From assembly GCA_964188305.1 (NCBI GenBank), contig OZ076886.1: DNA of 64,000 nucleotides. One strand, given 5' to 3'. The DNA is from Podarcis bocagei (taxonomy: Eukaryota). Position 1 is the first letter of the stretch. The number at the start of each line of letters is the position of its first letter. This document shows, in pieces, positions 46,625 through 59,300 of this stretch. The notes beneath the pieces are model-generated. The model had not been told where the DNA came from, did not search any database, and was given only the letters and a program-made list of their open reading frames with translations. A program made the position numbers and the translations under genes.

Positions 46625-46890
46625 TCAGACCATTGGTCCGTCTAGCTCAGCATTGTCTACATCAGATGTGGGGAACCGTTGACCCTCTAGGGGTTGCTGA
46701 ACTACAACTCCCAACCTTGTGCTTGCGACAGCTGGTGGGAATTGTAGTTCAACTACATCTGGAGGACCAACGTTCCTCATTGCTGCTCTACACTGTGATG
46801 TAGCAGCTCCCCAGAGTTTCTGATAAGGGTCTTTCAGAGCGCTGTCTGGAGATGCCAAGGACTGAGCCCAGGACCTTCTGTACACAAAGC
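46625..46890 (-). mobile_element. tRNA-derived squamate-type SINE interrupted by a hAT MITE (46663-46785)
   Basis: Reverse complement of the SINE body at 49889-50185. MITE cagatgtggggaacc...gttcctcattgctg is flanked by gtctacat/ctctacac. Confidence 0.75.
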
Positions 46891-46894
46891 AGCT

Positions 46895-47056
46895 GGGGAA
46901 GAGTCACCACCCAGTGGTAGAGCAACTGCTCTGCTTTCAAAGAATCCCAGGTTCAGCTCCCAGCATCTCTAAGTAGAGCTGGGAGAGAACACTGTCTGAA
47001 ATCCTGGAAATCTGTTGCCAGTCAGTGTGGACGATGCTGAGCTACATGGACCACGG
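46895..47056 (+). mobile_element. tRNA-derived squamate-type SINE
   Basis: ggggaagag..cagtggtagagca (A-box-like), ggttcagctcc (B-box-like), body cagcatctc..tctgaaatcctgga..gccagtcagtgtggac..ctgagcta.atggacca. Confidence 0.78.
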
Positions 47057-49095
47057 AGCCACAGCCTTTCTATTTTTAAGCCCTAAACGAGTTCCTGGAA
47101 GAAGGCGCACCATAACGCAAGATTCAGTGTCCCTTTCGACTACATCCTCAAGGAATGCAGGCGTTGAGTGCACAAGTCTTAAGCAGTCTTCCAGCAAAAA
47201 CGGAGAGTAATAGATTTGACATTTAAAATGGCTCTAGGGCCGTGAGAAACAAATGGGGTTGTTGGGGCAACCTGAAAACACAATTAAAATGTAAAAAGCT
47301 CAAGTTCCAACTCATAAATATACACTAAAGCACCTTAAGGTATAGCAGAGAAGCCAAGGCAGGGCTTCAGCCGAGTATGACAATATGCTTTGCGGCAGGT
47401 GATTCTTAACACCCCTTTTCTTTCTTCCGCCATGTAATGGAACATGGAGCTGATGGCAGGTAATTCAAAGACCACTTTTCCATGTTTTAAGCCTCATTTG
47501 AGCACTACATTTTTCTCCGCCATAATTACCCACCGGCGTTCTTTGTCACTGTTTCAGCACCCTTTGTGTTGACAGTAGTGTAAGTCCTAATGTATTTAAG
47601 GTGCCAAAGTGTCTCCTTAGCTGTTGAGTCCGGGCGGCTGCTACCTCTCCCCTCCCCCCTGCTTCTGACTTGTTGCTATTCCAGTACAGCTGAATCCGTT
47701 CTAGTCTGGGATGTTAAATCTGCATCGTGCTTTTCCTGGCGGTTTGAGCTGCTGGCAAGCCTGTTTGACTATGCCCCCTGCATCTGCCGAATTGCAAAGC
47801 TGTTAATCAAGACAGTAACTACCGTTGCCTTCAAGTCTTCCCTAGTGGTTCCTCGCTCCATCCTGCTACGGTGAAATGCTGCTAAAATGGACAGTGTGCT
47901 TGAGCTACCCCTTCAGACTCTGCTTCCCGCTGTTCTTTGGGAAACGATATATACCTCTGTTGTCTCTTTAGATGAACGGCTTTCATGATTCATTGCCTAG
48001 AATAGATTGAAACTAGATGTTATGGCAGATGTGGGCCTCTACTGAAAACAACAACCCCATGTCTCTGTCTCTTCCTTTCTTGTTGTTCGTAAATTCTAGG
48101 GATACTGCACGCCTGATATAACATCATTACCTTGCAAGTTCCCACCATCACCACTTCATTGACCGCTTCTTGTTCTTCCCGTAAATAACAAACAATCCTC
48201 AATACAATTTTGGGTAAAGTCAACACCCCAAAAGTTGGAAACAAGTAGGAGATGTATAGCAATCACATAGCTCTGTGTATGATCACAATTTATATACGTC
48301 TTATCTAGAGCAAGCCCTGCCATGCAGCGAGGCGAGGCTATCTGCTTAAGCCATTCCCATGCCAGGGTGGAATACAAGACCCAGAGTTCTTTGTCTGATT
48401 ACCCACACCTTCCGTGCAGTGTCTTTATGGTTGCCACAGCATCACTTCCAGCTTCCAGTGCTTCATTTGGGTCTAGCACAGTGCTCCAATAATATCTGGT
48501 GTATGTAGAAAGGAATGAAAATATTGGAATGTGCACCACGCAGTAAACTCTGGAACAACCCAAATCATACACCCCATATACCATACACTGGATGGGAGGG
48601 TCTTCCAACACATAAGACCAGATGTTCTCAGGACAAAATAAACATAAACATAGACCGTTACAGGTTTCTTGTGAGATTGCTGTAAATGCAGTCAACATAT
48701 GCTTGCGTGGATGGTAGCTGGGATGTTTAGAACAATTATTTAAAGTAATGCATAGAACATTGCATTTTTGTCTTAATTCATATTTGATCTATAGGTCAAT
48801 ATTTCCTGCAGGTGACTATTGAAGAACAATATGCACCTACTTTTTAACAGATGAAGAGTAGGAGTAATAAGATTGCTCAGGGTAACCTTTTTTCTATAAA
48901 TGACTATTGACTCATGGGGAAAATCTATTGGGGTCCAGAGCCAAAAGTGGGAGAGCCATCAATAAGATAGAAACATCTGTAGAAGAAAGCTGTAGAAGAT
49001 CAGGTATTTCCAACCTTTTCACACCCAGGCCCACTTTTAACCCAAGCATGCATTTGGGGACCCATTTCTTAATCTTGTACTATATAAGCCCACAA

Positions 49096-49232
49096 GGTGG
49101 CTTGATAGCTTAGACAGACATGAGACTCCTAATGCCAGTGTTGTGAGTTTGAGCCCCGTGTTGGGCAAGAGATTACTACATTGCAGGGGGTTGGACTATA
49201 TGACCCTTGTGGTCCCTTCCAATCTATGGTTC
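49096..49232 (+). mobile_element. tRNA-Lys-derived SINE with CR1-type 3' tail
   Basis: tagcttag..acatgagactcctaat..gttgtgagtttgagccccgtgttgggca aligns by eye to tRNA-Lys(CTT); it is followed by ggggttggacta.atgacc..ggtcccttccaa.ctatggttct. Confidence 0.78.
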
Positions 49233-49240
49233 TGGTAGTA

Positions 49241-49519
49241 CAGTGGTACCTCGCAAGACGAAAAACGCGCAAGACGAAAGAGTTTTCCATTTTTTGAGTC
49301 GTTCCGCAAGACGAATTTCCCTATGGGCTTGCTTCGCAAGACGAAACGTCTTGCGAGTTTGTTTCCTTTTTCTTAAAGTCACTAAGCCGCTAAGCCGTTA
49401 ATAGCCGCTAAGCCATTAATAGCCGCTAAGCCGCTAATAGCCGTGCTTCGCAAGACGAAAAAACCGCAAGATGAAGAGACTCGCGGAGCAGATTAATTTC
49501 ATCTTGCGAGGCACCACTG
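49241..49519. mobile_element. pogo/Tigger-like MITE with internal minisatellite
   Basis: TA|CAGTGGTACCTCGCAAGA...TCTTGCGAGGCACCACTG|TA. Repeated cgcaagacgaa boxes and an (aagccgct/aatagccg)n array at about 49383-49443. Confidence 0.92.
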
Positions 49520-49888
49520 TAGTACTGCTGTTGCGACCCACCTTCGATCAAGTCATGAGCAACTAGTGGGTCCTGACCCACCTGTTGAAGACCAGTGAGG
49601 CTAGATGCTCTTGATGTGTCTGAAAATATTTATTTGTGCATGATGTATGAGAGATGAAGTTAGTTTAATATGGAATGAGCAGGAGTAGAATGCAAAACCC
49701 CATGACAACTGCATTTGGAGTCTAACACAGGAAATAGGAAGTTCAGTGATGGATGGCTCAGTGACGGATGGCTTGATATAAGAATAGGGCAAAATATAAG
49801 AATGAAAAAATTAGAGGAGTCTACCAGCATCTCCTTTCTTTCATTTCTTGACCCCCTTTCCTGTGGCAACTTATCTGAGTTCTTATTT

Positions 49889-50185
49889 GGGGAAGGACTG
49901 TAGCTCAGTTGTAGAGCATCTGCTTTTAAGGCAGAAGCTCTTTGGTTTAATCTCCAGCATCTCCAGACAGGGTTGGCAGGGATTTTTGTCTGAAACCCTG
50001 AAGAGCTGCTGCCTGTCAATGTAGACCAGCCATAGGCAAACTTGGCCCTCCAGATGTTTTGGGACTACAACTCCCATCATCCCTGACCATTGGTCCAGTT
50101 AGCTAGGGATGATGGGAGTTGTAGTCCCGAACATCTGGAGGGCTGAGTTTGCCTATGCCTGATGTAGACCATACTGAGCTAACTA
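49889..50185 (+). mobile_element. tRNA-derived squamate-type SINE interrupted by a hAT MITE
   Basis: ggggaaggactgtagctcagttgtagagcatc (A-box)...ggtttaatctccagcatctcc...tctgaaaccctgaagagctgctgcc.gtcaatgtagac|MITE|catactgagcta. Confidence 0.82.
50027..50161. mobile_element. hAT palindromic MITE
   Basis: TIRs CAGCCATAGGCAAACT/AGTTTGCCTATGCCTG, perfect 8-bp TSD atgtagac (50019-50026, 50162-50169), near-perfect internal hairpin. Confidence 0.92.
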
Positions 50186-51417
50186 GCAGTGGTATAAGTA
50201 TGAGGTATAAGGCAACGTACTCAGTATAAGGCAACTTCCTGCACTCCTACAATGCCGCTGGCTATTTAAAAACCTTGGTGCATATTGGGAAGGAGACCAA
50301 GTGGTGGCAAAAGCATTAAACTTCAGTTGTGGTTTGTGCCTGATCCAAGAGTAGGCAAGAGAAAAGGAAAAAGATGGGATGTAGAGAAAGTGAGAGGAAG
50401 AGCGAAAGAGAAAAGTAGAAAGAAAAGAGGCAAAACTACAGTACAGTCAAAAATTAAAAGTTGGTTTTGTATTGCCGGATGAGGTTAAAGATGGTCTTAA
50501 AAGGTTGAACATTACTATGCCGAAGAACCTTACAGATTCCACCTACAGATTTCCCCTCCTCTTTCCCCTTTATATCAAGAAACTGGCATGTGAGAGAGCA
50601 TGGACAGGTGTGATTCAATTTTTTATTTACCTAAGGAAGATACAACACCTGGATCTCTTTGCAGGAAGATGGGTAGGATTCTGAAATTCAAAGAGCCATT
50701 TAATGCACAGCTTTTTAGAGTAAAATACATTTGCACACGGTTTATACAGTTAGAGTGCTACTTAATTAATTGTTTCAGTGGCTTCCATTGACATGTAATG
50801 GTAATGCATTTCCCAGTAATGTAATTACTTGGCTAATTCTGGCATAGGACTAGTTTATAGTTAGTTCTGAGCTACGAGTTCTCAGAACATCTTGCGAGAT
50901 AGTTCTTTCTGTTTATGTTCCAGCTAAGGACAATGTTGCAACCAACATCTTTGCTTTTCAGTGTGTTCCTGACAGCTTCTGTCTCAGCTGTGAATTTTGC
51001 AAGTGTTTTGCTTCTGAAGTTAACCCTTCGAGCTTAATGCTTTCAGAGGGCCTAACGTCTTTGCCTTTGTCTCCTGGTTCATGCAGCATAATGTGCCTTT
51101 TTTGATGCAACTCTTTGCTTGTGGCAGTCTGTCTGGATATGGGTTGGTATGTGGATCCTACCTTACAGTGACAGGTTGGTCATGGTAGCTATCTGGTTTC
51201 TTCCAAGTTTTATGATTCTATGACCAAATGACCTTCAAACCCTTTTAAATGCACGTTTACACGGTTAGCTGATTCTTATTGCACAGATATATTTCTGGTC
51301 TCTGAAGGACTTTATGTTGCTGCTGCCCTACTTTTTTCTTACATTGGATGTTCTAGCTTAGAAGTATTGAGCTGCCATTAAAAGATTGTCTGGTTTGATT
51401 ATTTTCTTTCTCCTTAG

Positions 51418-51482
51418 GCCACCCAAGTGCTGTTTGCAGAAGATGTGCTTGAAGAAAGGGAGCCCATGCAGATTACCCAAAG
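51418..51482 (+). CDS. UIMC1: UIMC1 coding exon 5
   Basis: Acceptor ttttctttctccttag| and donor AG|gtaagt. 65 nt, phase 0-2. Encodes ATQVLFAEDVLEEREPMQITQ(S). Confidence 0.88.
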
Positions 51483-54400
51483 GTAAGTAGGTGTATATCA
51501 GAGTAGTTCATTATGGGAGATAATAAGCCTGCTGGAATGACCTGGTCTTACTGGGATCTTCTTCAGAAGCTGTTGCACAGAAATTTAGTTTTTTGATGCC
51601 TGTGGCTGTTGTATATTTCAGGTTGTAACTATACTGTGCTGGAATGTGATAAGTGGGCAAAGAAACCTAATTTCTGTTTGTATAGTGTCAAATGTATGTG
51701 ACTCAGAGCCTTGAACGGATATTCTGCCCGAAATCTCAGCATGCGTTATTATTCTTGCAGTATATTTGTGTCTAATGTCAAACAGAGAAGTATGACCCTC
51801 AACAGTACCTGTGTCTTAAAAATGTAAAGCAAGAAGTAGCCATTGCAGTAAAGATAATAAAGTTCAATCCTTGGCCTAAGGAGCTAATTTAATTTGATTT
51901 GACACCACAAAGCAATAAATTGTGGCTGGTTGAAAGATGAGTTTCAGCAAGAGTCTCAGCGGGTATGCAAACAGCATGGCGGAGCAGTATTTAAATATAT
52001 ATAATATGTAATATATATATGCAGTTCTTTGAAGAGGCAAGAACAGAAGACAAGACCAAGAAAGCATATCGTAATAGTGGCAGCACATTTATCTCCTTGA
52101 GACAGCAAGCCATGTTCCGGGAGAACAACCAATTCAAGTATGAGCAAGGAGCATGTGTGGCTGGGGAGGGTCCAAACCCTGTTTGCTTCAGATGATTAAA
52201 TAACAAGTTGGGGAGGCTGCTGCCTGTGTCTCGCATTTGGGCCCCTGCTGCTGCTGCTGCTTTTTCTGGCAGGGCACAGCATGGTGGCCATTTCTGGAAT
52301 ACCTCCTGGGAGGACTGCCGCCTTAAAGGTTCCCAGAGCCCAGGAGTAAAGCATCCTGGCTGGGATGGCTTGCAGTAGAGATCAGGAAATGAAGGAAACG
52401 GTAGGAGATGGTGCAGATAGGGGAAGATTCATGAAGTAATTTGCTAGGAAGATTTCAATATTTGCTGCTCAGCCACAAGTCTAGCTGTGAGAAGTTCCTT
52501 GATTCTTGGGTTAGTTTCCCCAGGTTTTATAATTAAAATGCTCTTGGCATGAGGCCACTGGTTTTTCTCTGCCTGATATCCTCTCTTCTCATTGATCCAA
52601 CAGCATTTTGGCTGAATGCTCAATGAGGGGAGCAGACTGACTAATGTGATAGCTCTTCCCACCTTGCAGTGGGGTAAGCTCTCCTATGTACATAGTCTAA
52701 TAAGGAGGATAGCAGTTTCACCCTTATGGTGATCATACTTGGGAGGAGAGATTCAAGTGTGGATGCCTTTCTTTGCCATCACAGCTGTCAGGAGATTCTG
52801 GGACTGCGTGGGGAAAGAGAGAGAGATATAATGCTCCTGTTTCCTCACTAGGGCGTAATATTTCAAGTACTCATTAGCCAGAGCTTGATTGGAAAAAATC
52901 CCCCTAGCTCCATCCAGGGACAGCACTCATATAAACAAGTGGCACTGGTGTGAGGCTTCTACCCTTAAGGCTTGTTCCATTTCCCCCTCAGACTGTAGGT
53001 AATAGGATTAGTCTCCTCTGTTTACATTGGGCGCCTTGCACATTTTTCAAGCCGCAAGCAGGGATCTCAAAGTACATCCCACTTGCCATGCTGTGACCCC
53101 GGGAACTTTGCAATGCAGCCGGCGGCTGCCCTCATCAGGCTGCTGGGATCAAGATTGACCATTACGTGCTGCGACATCTAATTTGATCAGACGGCACATC
53201 TGCATTAAGATGACAGTGGCTGCAGTATTCTCAGTTTTGTGCACATTAAGTGTGGCCATCTGGCACCTGGCAGTTTGCCAGCAGAGCCCTGCACTGGGCA
53301 GAGCACAGGCAACCTGGTCAGCGGGCTTCAGATGCTCTTTGGTTCTTATACTGCTGGAGTAATTTTGAAAGCAGCTTTAGCCAACGGCATCTTCCTCCCC
53401 CATTTTCCATTGGCCACTCAGCTTTGTTGTTTCCTGTGTTGTGCAAAGTATGCTAGATTGAGATTTTAATAAATGATTATATGCTTTGTTACTGGGAGAT
53501 AGTTGGTGTAGGAAGCAATGTGGGTTGACTTCAAATTGATTAGCACATTTTATAAATGTCATAGCAAATTGTTTAGTGTGAGGCCTTTTGAAGTGAGTCT
53601 TGATGGTTTACACAGCATAAGCTGTCCTCAGCTTGGGCTCATAACAAATGCTTTGAGATGGTTTATTTAGCGAGAGAGCGAGAGAAGTCACTTGTGGTTT
53701 CCCATCAGGATTTTCTTATTTATCATAAATCTGTGGTGGCTGTTCCCTACTCTCCGAGGCTCATAGCTGAGTTTAATAAATCTTTCCTTTCGTCAGTGTG
53801 GGGATTCGTGTTTTTCAAGTGTGCACTTGCATACTTGATCAATCCAATAGGAAAGCCACATAGAACTCTAAGGTTGACAGGGTGGCAATGTCACAGTGGC
53901 TCAGCCTGTGTCTTCCCGTGACGTGGAGCGACTGTGCTTTGCAGAGAAAATGGCGGCACTGGAAGGTCAAAATGAGAGGAGCCAGGCACAGTTAAATGCT
54001 GCATAAAAGAGCTGCTTGGTTCGTGTTGGCAGAACTTTGCTGTAGGGAAGCTTTGAGTTGTGTCAGATTCCTGCTGCTTTAGAGAGCTGTGTGCAGTGAT
54101 GAAATGGGGGGGGGGGGAAGAATAGCAGTAAAGGATGGGAGAGAGAAGAGTTCAGTGTCAAACAGATCTCTACCTCTTCCCACTCCTCACTAAGGATTAG
54201 GCTGCTCTGCTACCTGCAGTACTCCTGTGACCAAAAGCAGAAAGCATCAAAGAAGCCTTTGCAGTTCTGAGTAGATATTCTTACTTCTCTTGCATGACAC
54301 AATGACCCTTTCTTTTGCTTTAGAAAGTGTCTCTAGGGAAGAAGGGCTTCTCCACGGTCGTCTTGTTTGGGATGCTTCTTTCAAGCCTGTAACTTTCTGC

Positions 54401-54509
54401 ATTCTCTCCTGCTGCCTTTCTTGGATAATCAGAGCTCCTAAGGCTGCAGCTGACTTTCACAGGCCTGCATGTTGTGACACTGGTTTATTCTGTGTTTGCA
54501 TTTCAATAG

Positions 54510-54598
54510 CATTTCTGCCTTGACCCCGTTGGACAGTAGGAGAAGCCCAGACATGGCCGCAGAGAATCAAGCTGAGGAAGAAATCACTCTTTGCCCTG
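54510..54598 (+). CDS. UIMC1: UIMC1 coding exon 6
   Basis: Acceptor tttcaatag| and donor G|gtatga. 89 nt, phase 2-1. Encodes (S)ISALTPLDSRRSPDMAAENQAEEEITLCP, matching RAP80 EEITVCP. Confidence 0.9.
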
Positions 54599-56094
54599 GT
54601 ATGAGCCCTCTAACAATTCATTTGTGGTTTTGAGCCAAGAAAATCAACATCCTTTAGTTGCAGACAAATCTGTGCTGCTTGGCAGGTTGTAAATCATGAG
54701 GTCAAACTGGTAGGTTTGGTAGGTGGATCCCTTGAAAAAGGCCTGATCAGTTCCTTGGGAAAACGCAAAATCCTGTTGGTCCCTTGCCATTCCGGCCCTA
54801 GTGTGTCCAGATGCAGGCAGGAGGAAGGTGGCTGACTCAACTCCCTTTCTGCTCTTTCATTTGGGTGGTTGCATCAATGGTACCCTGGAGAGGGGCTTCA
54901 TGCTGTTTCCTGTGGACTTCTTGCTTCACTGGAATGCCTCCCTTGGAGCACCATGACGGATGCTGCTAGTATGCTGGCACTGTCATCATTTATTTGCTTG
55001 GCCGCAGAACAAGGGTGACACTGAGCAACACCTGCTGAGCCTCTTAGTTTTGTCCTAGAACCACTTATGTAAGTGTTTATGTTAGTTTATGTTCCTTGGT
55101 TAAACATACTGGGAGAAGGACTCCTGAGCTTATATTTTAGAAACTGAATGAAATATGTCTTCCTCTCAGGATGAGCAAATGAACTTCCTCCTCTGCCTTT
55201 TGCAGTCCTGTGTTTAATGAAGCTGCAATTGCTAATCATTGTTTGGACACTCAAAGCCAGGGGTGTCAACTACTACGGCTTTAACAGGAGGGTTACCTCC
55301 TGTTAGAAGAGCCAGCGGTCCCCACCTGCTGGGTTTGTCAGTGACATCCTGAATGATGTATTTTCCCCACCCGCCCCCCTCAGTTCAGAGCAAATCAGTC
55401 ATACAGCAATGCTTACAAATCCATCTGCCCTGAGCATACATTTTCAAAATCACGCTAGGGGAAAGGAATTTTCTTATATTCAGTAAGCAAGAAAATTGTT
55501 CAAGGTTAAATTGTTCTCTTCAAGACCCAATCTGATTTCGAAATTATTTTTCTAAAGCAAACCTTTTTTCAGTGTCACATCTCATACAGGAACAGGTTTA
55601 ATTGTGAGGTTCCCTGCAGGAGACTGGATGAGGTTTTCATTGTTGGTAATAACTGAGGGGTGGTGTTCTAACAAAGAGGCAGAGCGGGTACAAAGGAAAG
55701 GCAAGCTGTACAGCAAAGCAATAGGTGTGTTGCCTTTCTCCCGAGCTGAAGCGCTTGCTCCTGCATTGTGCTGCTCGCCAGCAAAACCTACCCTGGCGCA
55801 CAACCTACATGCCCTATTGATTCCTGCTCCCTGTTAAGCTGCAGCGTGGCAGTAGCCTTATCCACACACTGCTGCACTATAGCTTTAAACTTCTACTCCA
55901 GTTATGTTGTTGCACGTTGTCTGCTAACATTTGTGACAAGTCTAAAAAATGTTTAGAAACTGTGAAGACACTGTAAAGCAAATGGGATAAGTTTTATCAG
56001 CTAGTGTGGAATGTGCTGGGGGGTTGGAGGGGGGCTTGTGGAGAATAATAGGGAGGGGCTGAGCTGCTGCTAACATGGGAGGCTTCTGTTACAG

Positions 56095-56174
56095 AGACCC
56101 AGCCGAGTCCATTGCAAGCTATCGAGCCTGAGAGCGGAGAAATCCATTCATCCAGCAAAGATGTCTCTCTGCAG
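56095..56174 (+). CDS. UIMC1: UIMC1 coding exon 7
   Basis: Branch-like gctaac, acceptor ttctgttacag| and donor CAG|gtaagc. 80 nt, phase 1-0. Encodes (E)TQPSPLQAIEPESGEIHSSSKDVSLQ, completing the conserved CPETQ across the junction. Confidence 0.88.
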
Positions 56175-56297
56175 GTAAGCAAACCCCTAAGGGATAACAG
56201 CCAGTGAAGCGTCTGGAATGCAGAGTCTCATTTCCTGCCTGTCTCCCAAAATGAGCTGCTTTGCAAACTATGCAACCTGCTAGGAAATGTTTGTGTA

Positions 56298-56300
<3 letters not shown>

Positions 56301-56338
<38 letters not shown>
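56301..56338. repeat. (GT)19 microsatellite
   Basis: Directly visible. Confidence 0.97.
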
Positions 56339-56339
<1 letters not shown>

Positions 56340-59300
56340 AGGCCTCCTGTTGTTCTCCCTCCCTTTGTCAGCAACTCCTCCCATTTGTTTCTTTTCCTCC
56401 ATCTATGTGGCCATGGACTACAAGCCTAGCACCTTTGTTAACGGAAGGGATTGCTGTTGACTTTCTCACGTTTGTCATCTTGCGGGCGACACCTATTCAA
56501 TGTGCTACATGGGTTGCGATGTGCCAAAGGACACCACTGGGCCCAACGAGGGAAAGGGAGCTAGTTGCTTGTCCCCGAGCTGCACGTGTCTGACTGAACA
56601 AAGAGGTTGCAAGCATGTTGGCAAAACTGTGACTCTGCAGTGTGATTAAGCTGTTGCTATTGGCTCTTTACAGCTTTGAGGCTTTGACAGTAGAGCATGT
56701 GTACACAAGAAGGGAGTGGGCAGAGGGCTTTAAGATTTGGCACTGGTCTGAATGCTGCTGCTGCTTAATTTTGGGGTGCTCACTGTGCTCGTGTGGGCCT
56801 TCTGACTATTACCTTAAACAAAGTCTTCGCAGTCATGATTTATCTTGGATGTGCCTCTAGATTAATCCAGAGAAAGGCCTTTCTTGCTTGTCTCATTGCC
56901 AAATGAATTCTGTTGTCTTTGCTCTGCTTTCCTGAATCACCACACCTGTGCTGCAGTCACCATGCCGCTGTCACAACAGTGACATCTGACTTCAATGGCT
57001 GTTTCTGGTAATATAAAAATAATGCCTATTTAGGTTGCTGCTGGTGGGAATATAAAAGGGATTTTCAAATACTATTCTGGCAGGATACATAAATCTAGGT
57101 GAATTGGAGAGCACTTGACAAGATGATTCATATGTAAAAGGCTAATTCTTGGAGTCTTCAGCCTGTACAGGGTTGTCTGTCTCCATGATGATGACTGTTA
57201 ACATGTAGAAGCAGCATCACATTGTAACAGGTACCTTAATGAACTTCATAATAGCTCAGGTTTTTTACGTTGTGTGCCATTCATCAGTTAGGCAGTGTCA
57301 CTGAGTGGGATAGTGCACCCAGTGAGTATCTGAACTCTCACAGCCTATGCTATGTTTGCATAGTGATTATGAAACTTAGGGACCTCTAGGGAAACCAGAA
57401 CTAGTGAGTTGTCTCTTGTGTTATGGGACTAGTTCCTGGGTGGGATTTGTGCCTTAAAAAACCTATCCAGGCAGAAAGACAGCAAGTGCTCCGAAAGGCC
57501 CTAAGGATAGGTCAGTAGCCCATTTTAGGCCTCCCGGTGTTAACTTGGGTGATCAGAAGGACTTGAACGCTGTGGCAGGATTTGAACCTTGTATTATATG
57601 GCTCAGTGGATAATGGGAGCTGAGCCATACACCAGCCAGCCTGATCTCCTGCCTCTGCTGCTGGCCCATAGGCACGAGCCCTGCTTGAACGGAGGCAGCC
57701 TCAGTTGCTCAGGGCATCTCTTCTTGTAAGCGCCGGCGTGGGATGGTTCTGCTTTCCCCTTTGCTGGGTGGGCAGCCAGTCATGCGGTTAAGGCTTCTCT
57801 CAGCCGTCCTCCCAGGGCTTGTCAAAAGTCATTCTCAGGGAGGGGGGTGGGTGAGGGGGCTGATGTGTTGCTACACAATGCCGCATTTACATTTACAATT
57901 GAGTTATTTACTGTGGGAGTGTAAGCAGTTTATTTGGACACCTGGTATTTGCAAAGGATGTGATCTGCAAGGCTGTGTAAAGTGGAAATGGGAAGGAGCG
58001 GAGAGCTCTTCACATCTGTATATGTGTCATCTTATTAGATTAACACCGATTTGATCAGAACTCCTTATCGTTGGCATGTCTTGTTTTGTGTTTGGCATGT
58101 CTTCACGACACACCACAGCCTCAAAGCACTTAGCAAGATGTAGCAATGCCGAGATGCAAAATACTAGGAATGTATGGCGTAGCAGTAGTAGCTGTAGTGT
58201 AGCTTACTAACTGCAGAATGCACAGAGCAATTTTTCCCCACTTTGGAGTCAGGTCTCTTTAGAAAAGGATTTTTAAAAAATGACTTTTGCCTGAAACAAT
58301 TGTTGACGGTCCCTGCAGTTTGGTACTGATCACCTGTCAGCAGGGAATTTGGCACATTTGAGATTGGGCTTTAAGAAAACACCAGCCAATCACACACACA
58401 CACACATATACAAAGCAGTCTTCAATAAGTCAATGAAATTCCTCACATAGAATTAGGCTCTTGCTTGACAATGTAGATTCTGCAATGAAGCTGCTAAGCA
58501 ACAGGCCTACATAATGGGGACCACTCATAAAACAAAACATGAAGCATGCCTAAGCAGTCAGTCAGGCTCACGTCTAGTGATGGTTTCCTTGGAACTGTGC
58601 AGTTATAAGGACACAGATGACAGTTTCTGTGTATGTGTAAGAGAGAGAGTGTGTCAGCTTGTCTCACCCCAATAAAAAATCACCAATCCTAGAATATTTC
58701 CCACAGGTTCCATCTATCTGGTTTAATATTTAAACAGACGTTTTAATGGTTCTGGCAAATCTTCTTTGCTTTTGAATGTTTAGGAACCTTTGAGATAGGG
58801 TGACATTATGTAGAAGTCTTCCAGTATTAAGAAATAAGATGGCAGTAGTCAGCCTTCTGCCTCTTTCAGACATGAATAGTTCAAGGCAGAGGCTGTGCGT
58901 TTCAGAGGGAGAAACGCACTGTGGCTCTGAGACTCTGTTGGGGATAGTAAAAAAATGTGTGTATTTAATGACATGCAGATAATAGTACTTAACTTTATCC
59001 TACAAAAAAGCCAAGAAAGAACTCCCATGTGTTTTCTTGCTCCCATCCTGTCTCCCTGCCACAAAACTAGGGGCTGATCTGGTTGGACCAGCAGGCTTCC
59101 CATTCACAAACCCAAGGCCCAGTGAGGATTTGGGAGTTAATTCAAAGTAACTGCTGTAACTCTTCCACATACTTGTCACTAGAAAGTCGGTGGGGTGGAT
59201 AGTGCTGGACCTGGACTAGGGAGAGTTGAGTCAAATCTGCTGCAGAGCTCACAGCATGGCCTTGGGCAAGCTGAACCTCTGCTCCGTGTACTCAGCCCTA

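Larger units (their letters stand above)
49001..49597. mobile_element. Old hAT-like MITE shell containing a SINE and a Tigger-like MITE
   Basis: caggtatttccaacctttt ... gggtcctgacccacctgttgaagaccagtg ends; no clear TSD. Confidence 0.45.

Noticed and set aside
49096-49165. tRNA-Lys gene
   Set aside because: The D-arm, anticodon arm and B-box are degenerate and it is fused to a CR1 tail, so it is a SINE head. The same applies to the tRNA-like heads at 46895 and 49889.
49250-49510. CRISPR-like regularly repeated cgcaagacgaa boxes
   Set aside because: Eukaryotic context; the repeats are short, in both orientations, and lie inside a TA-flanked MITE (subterminal repeats).
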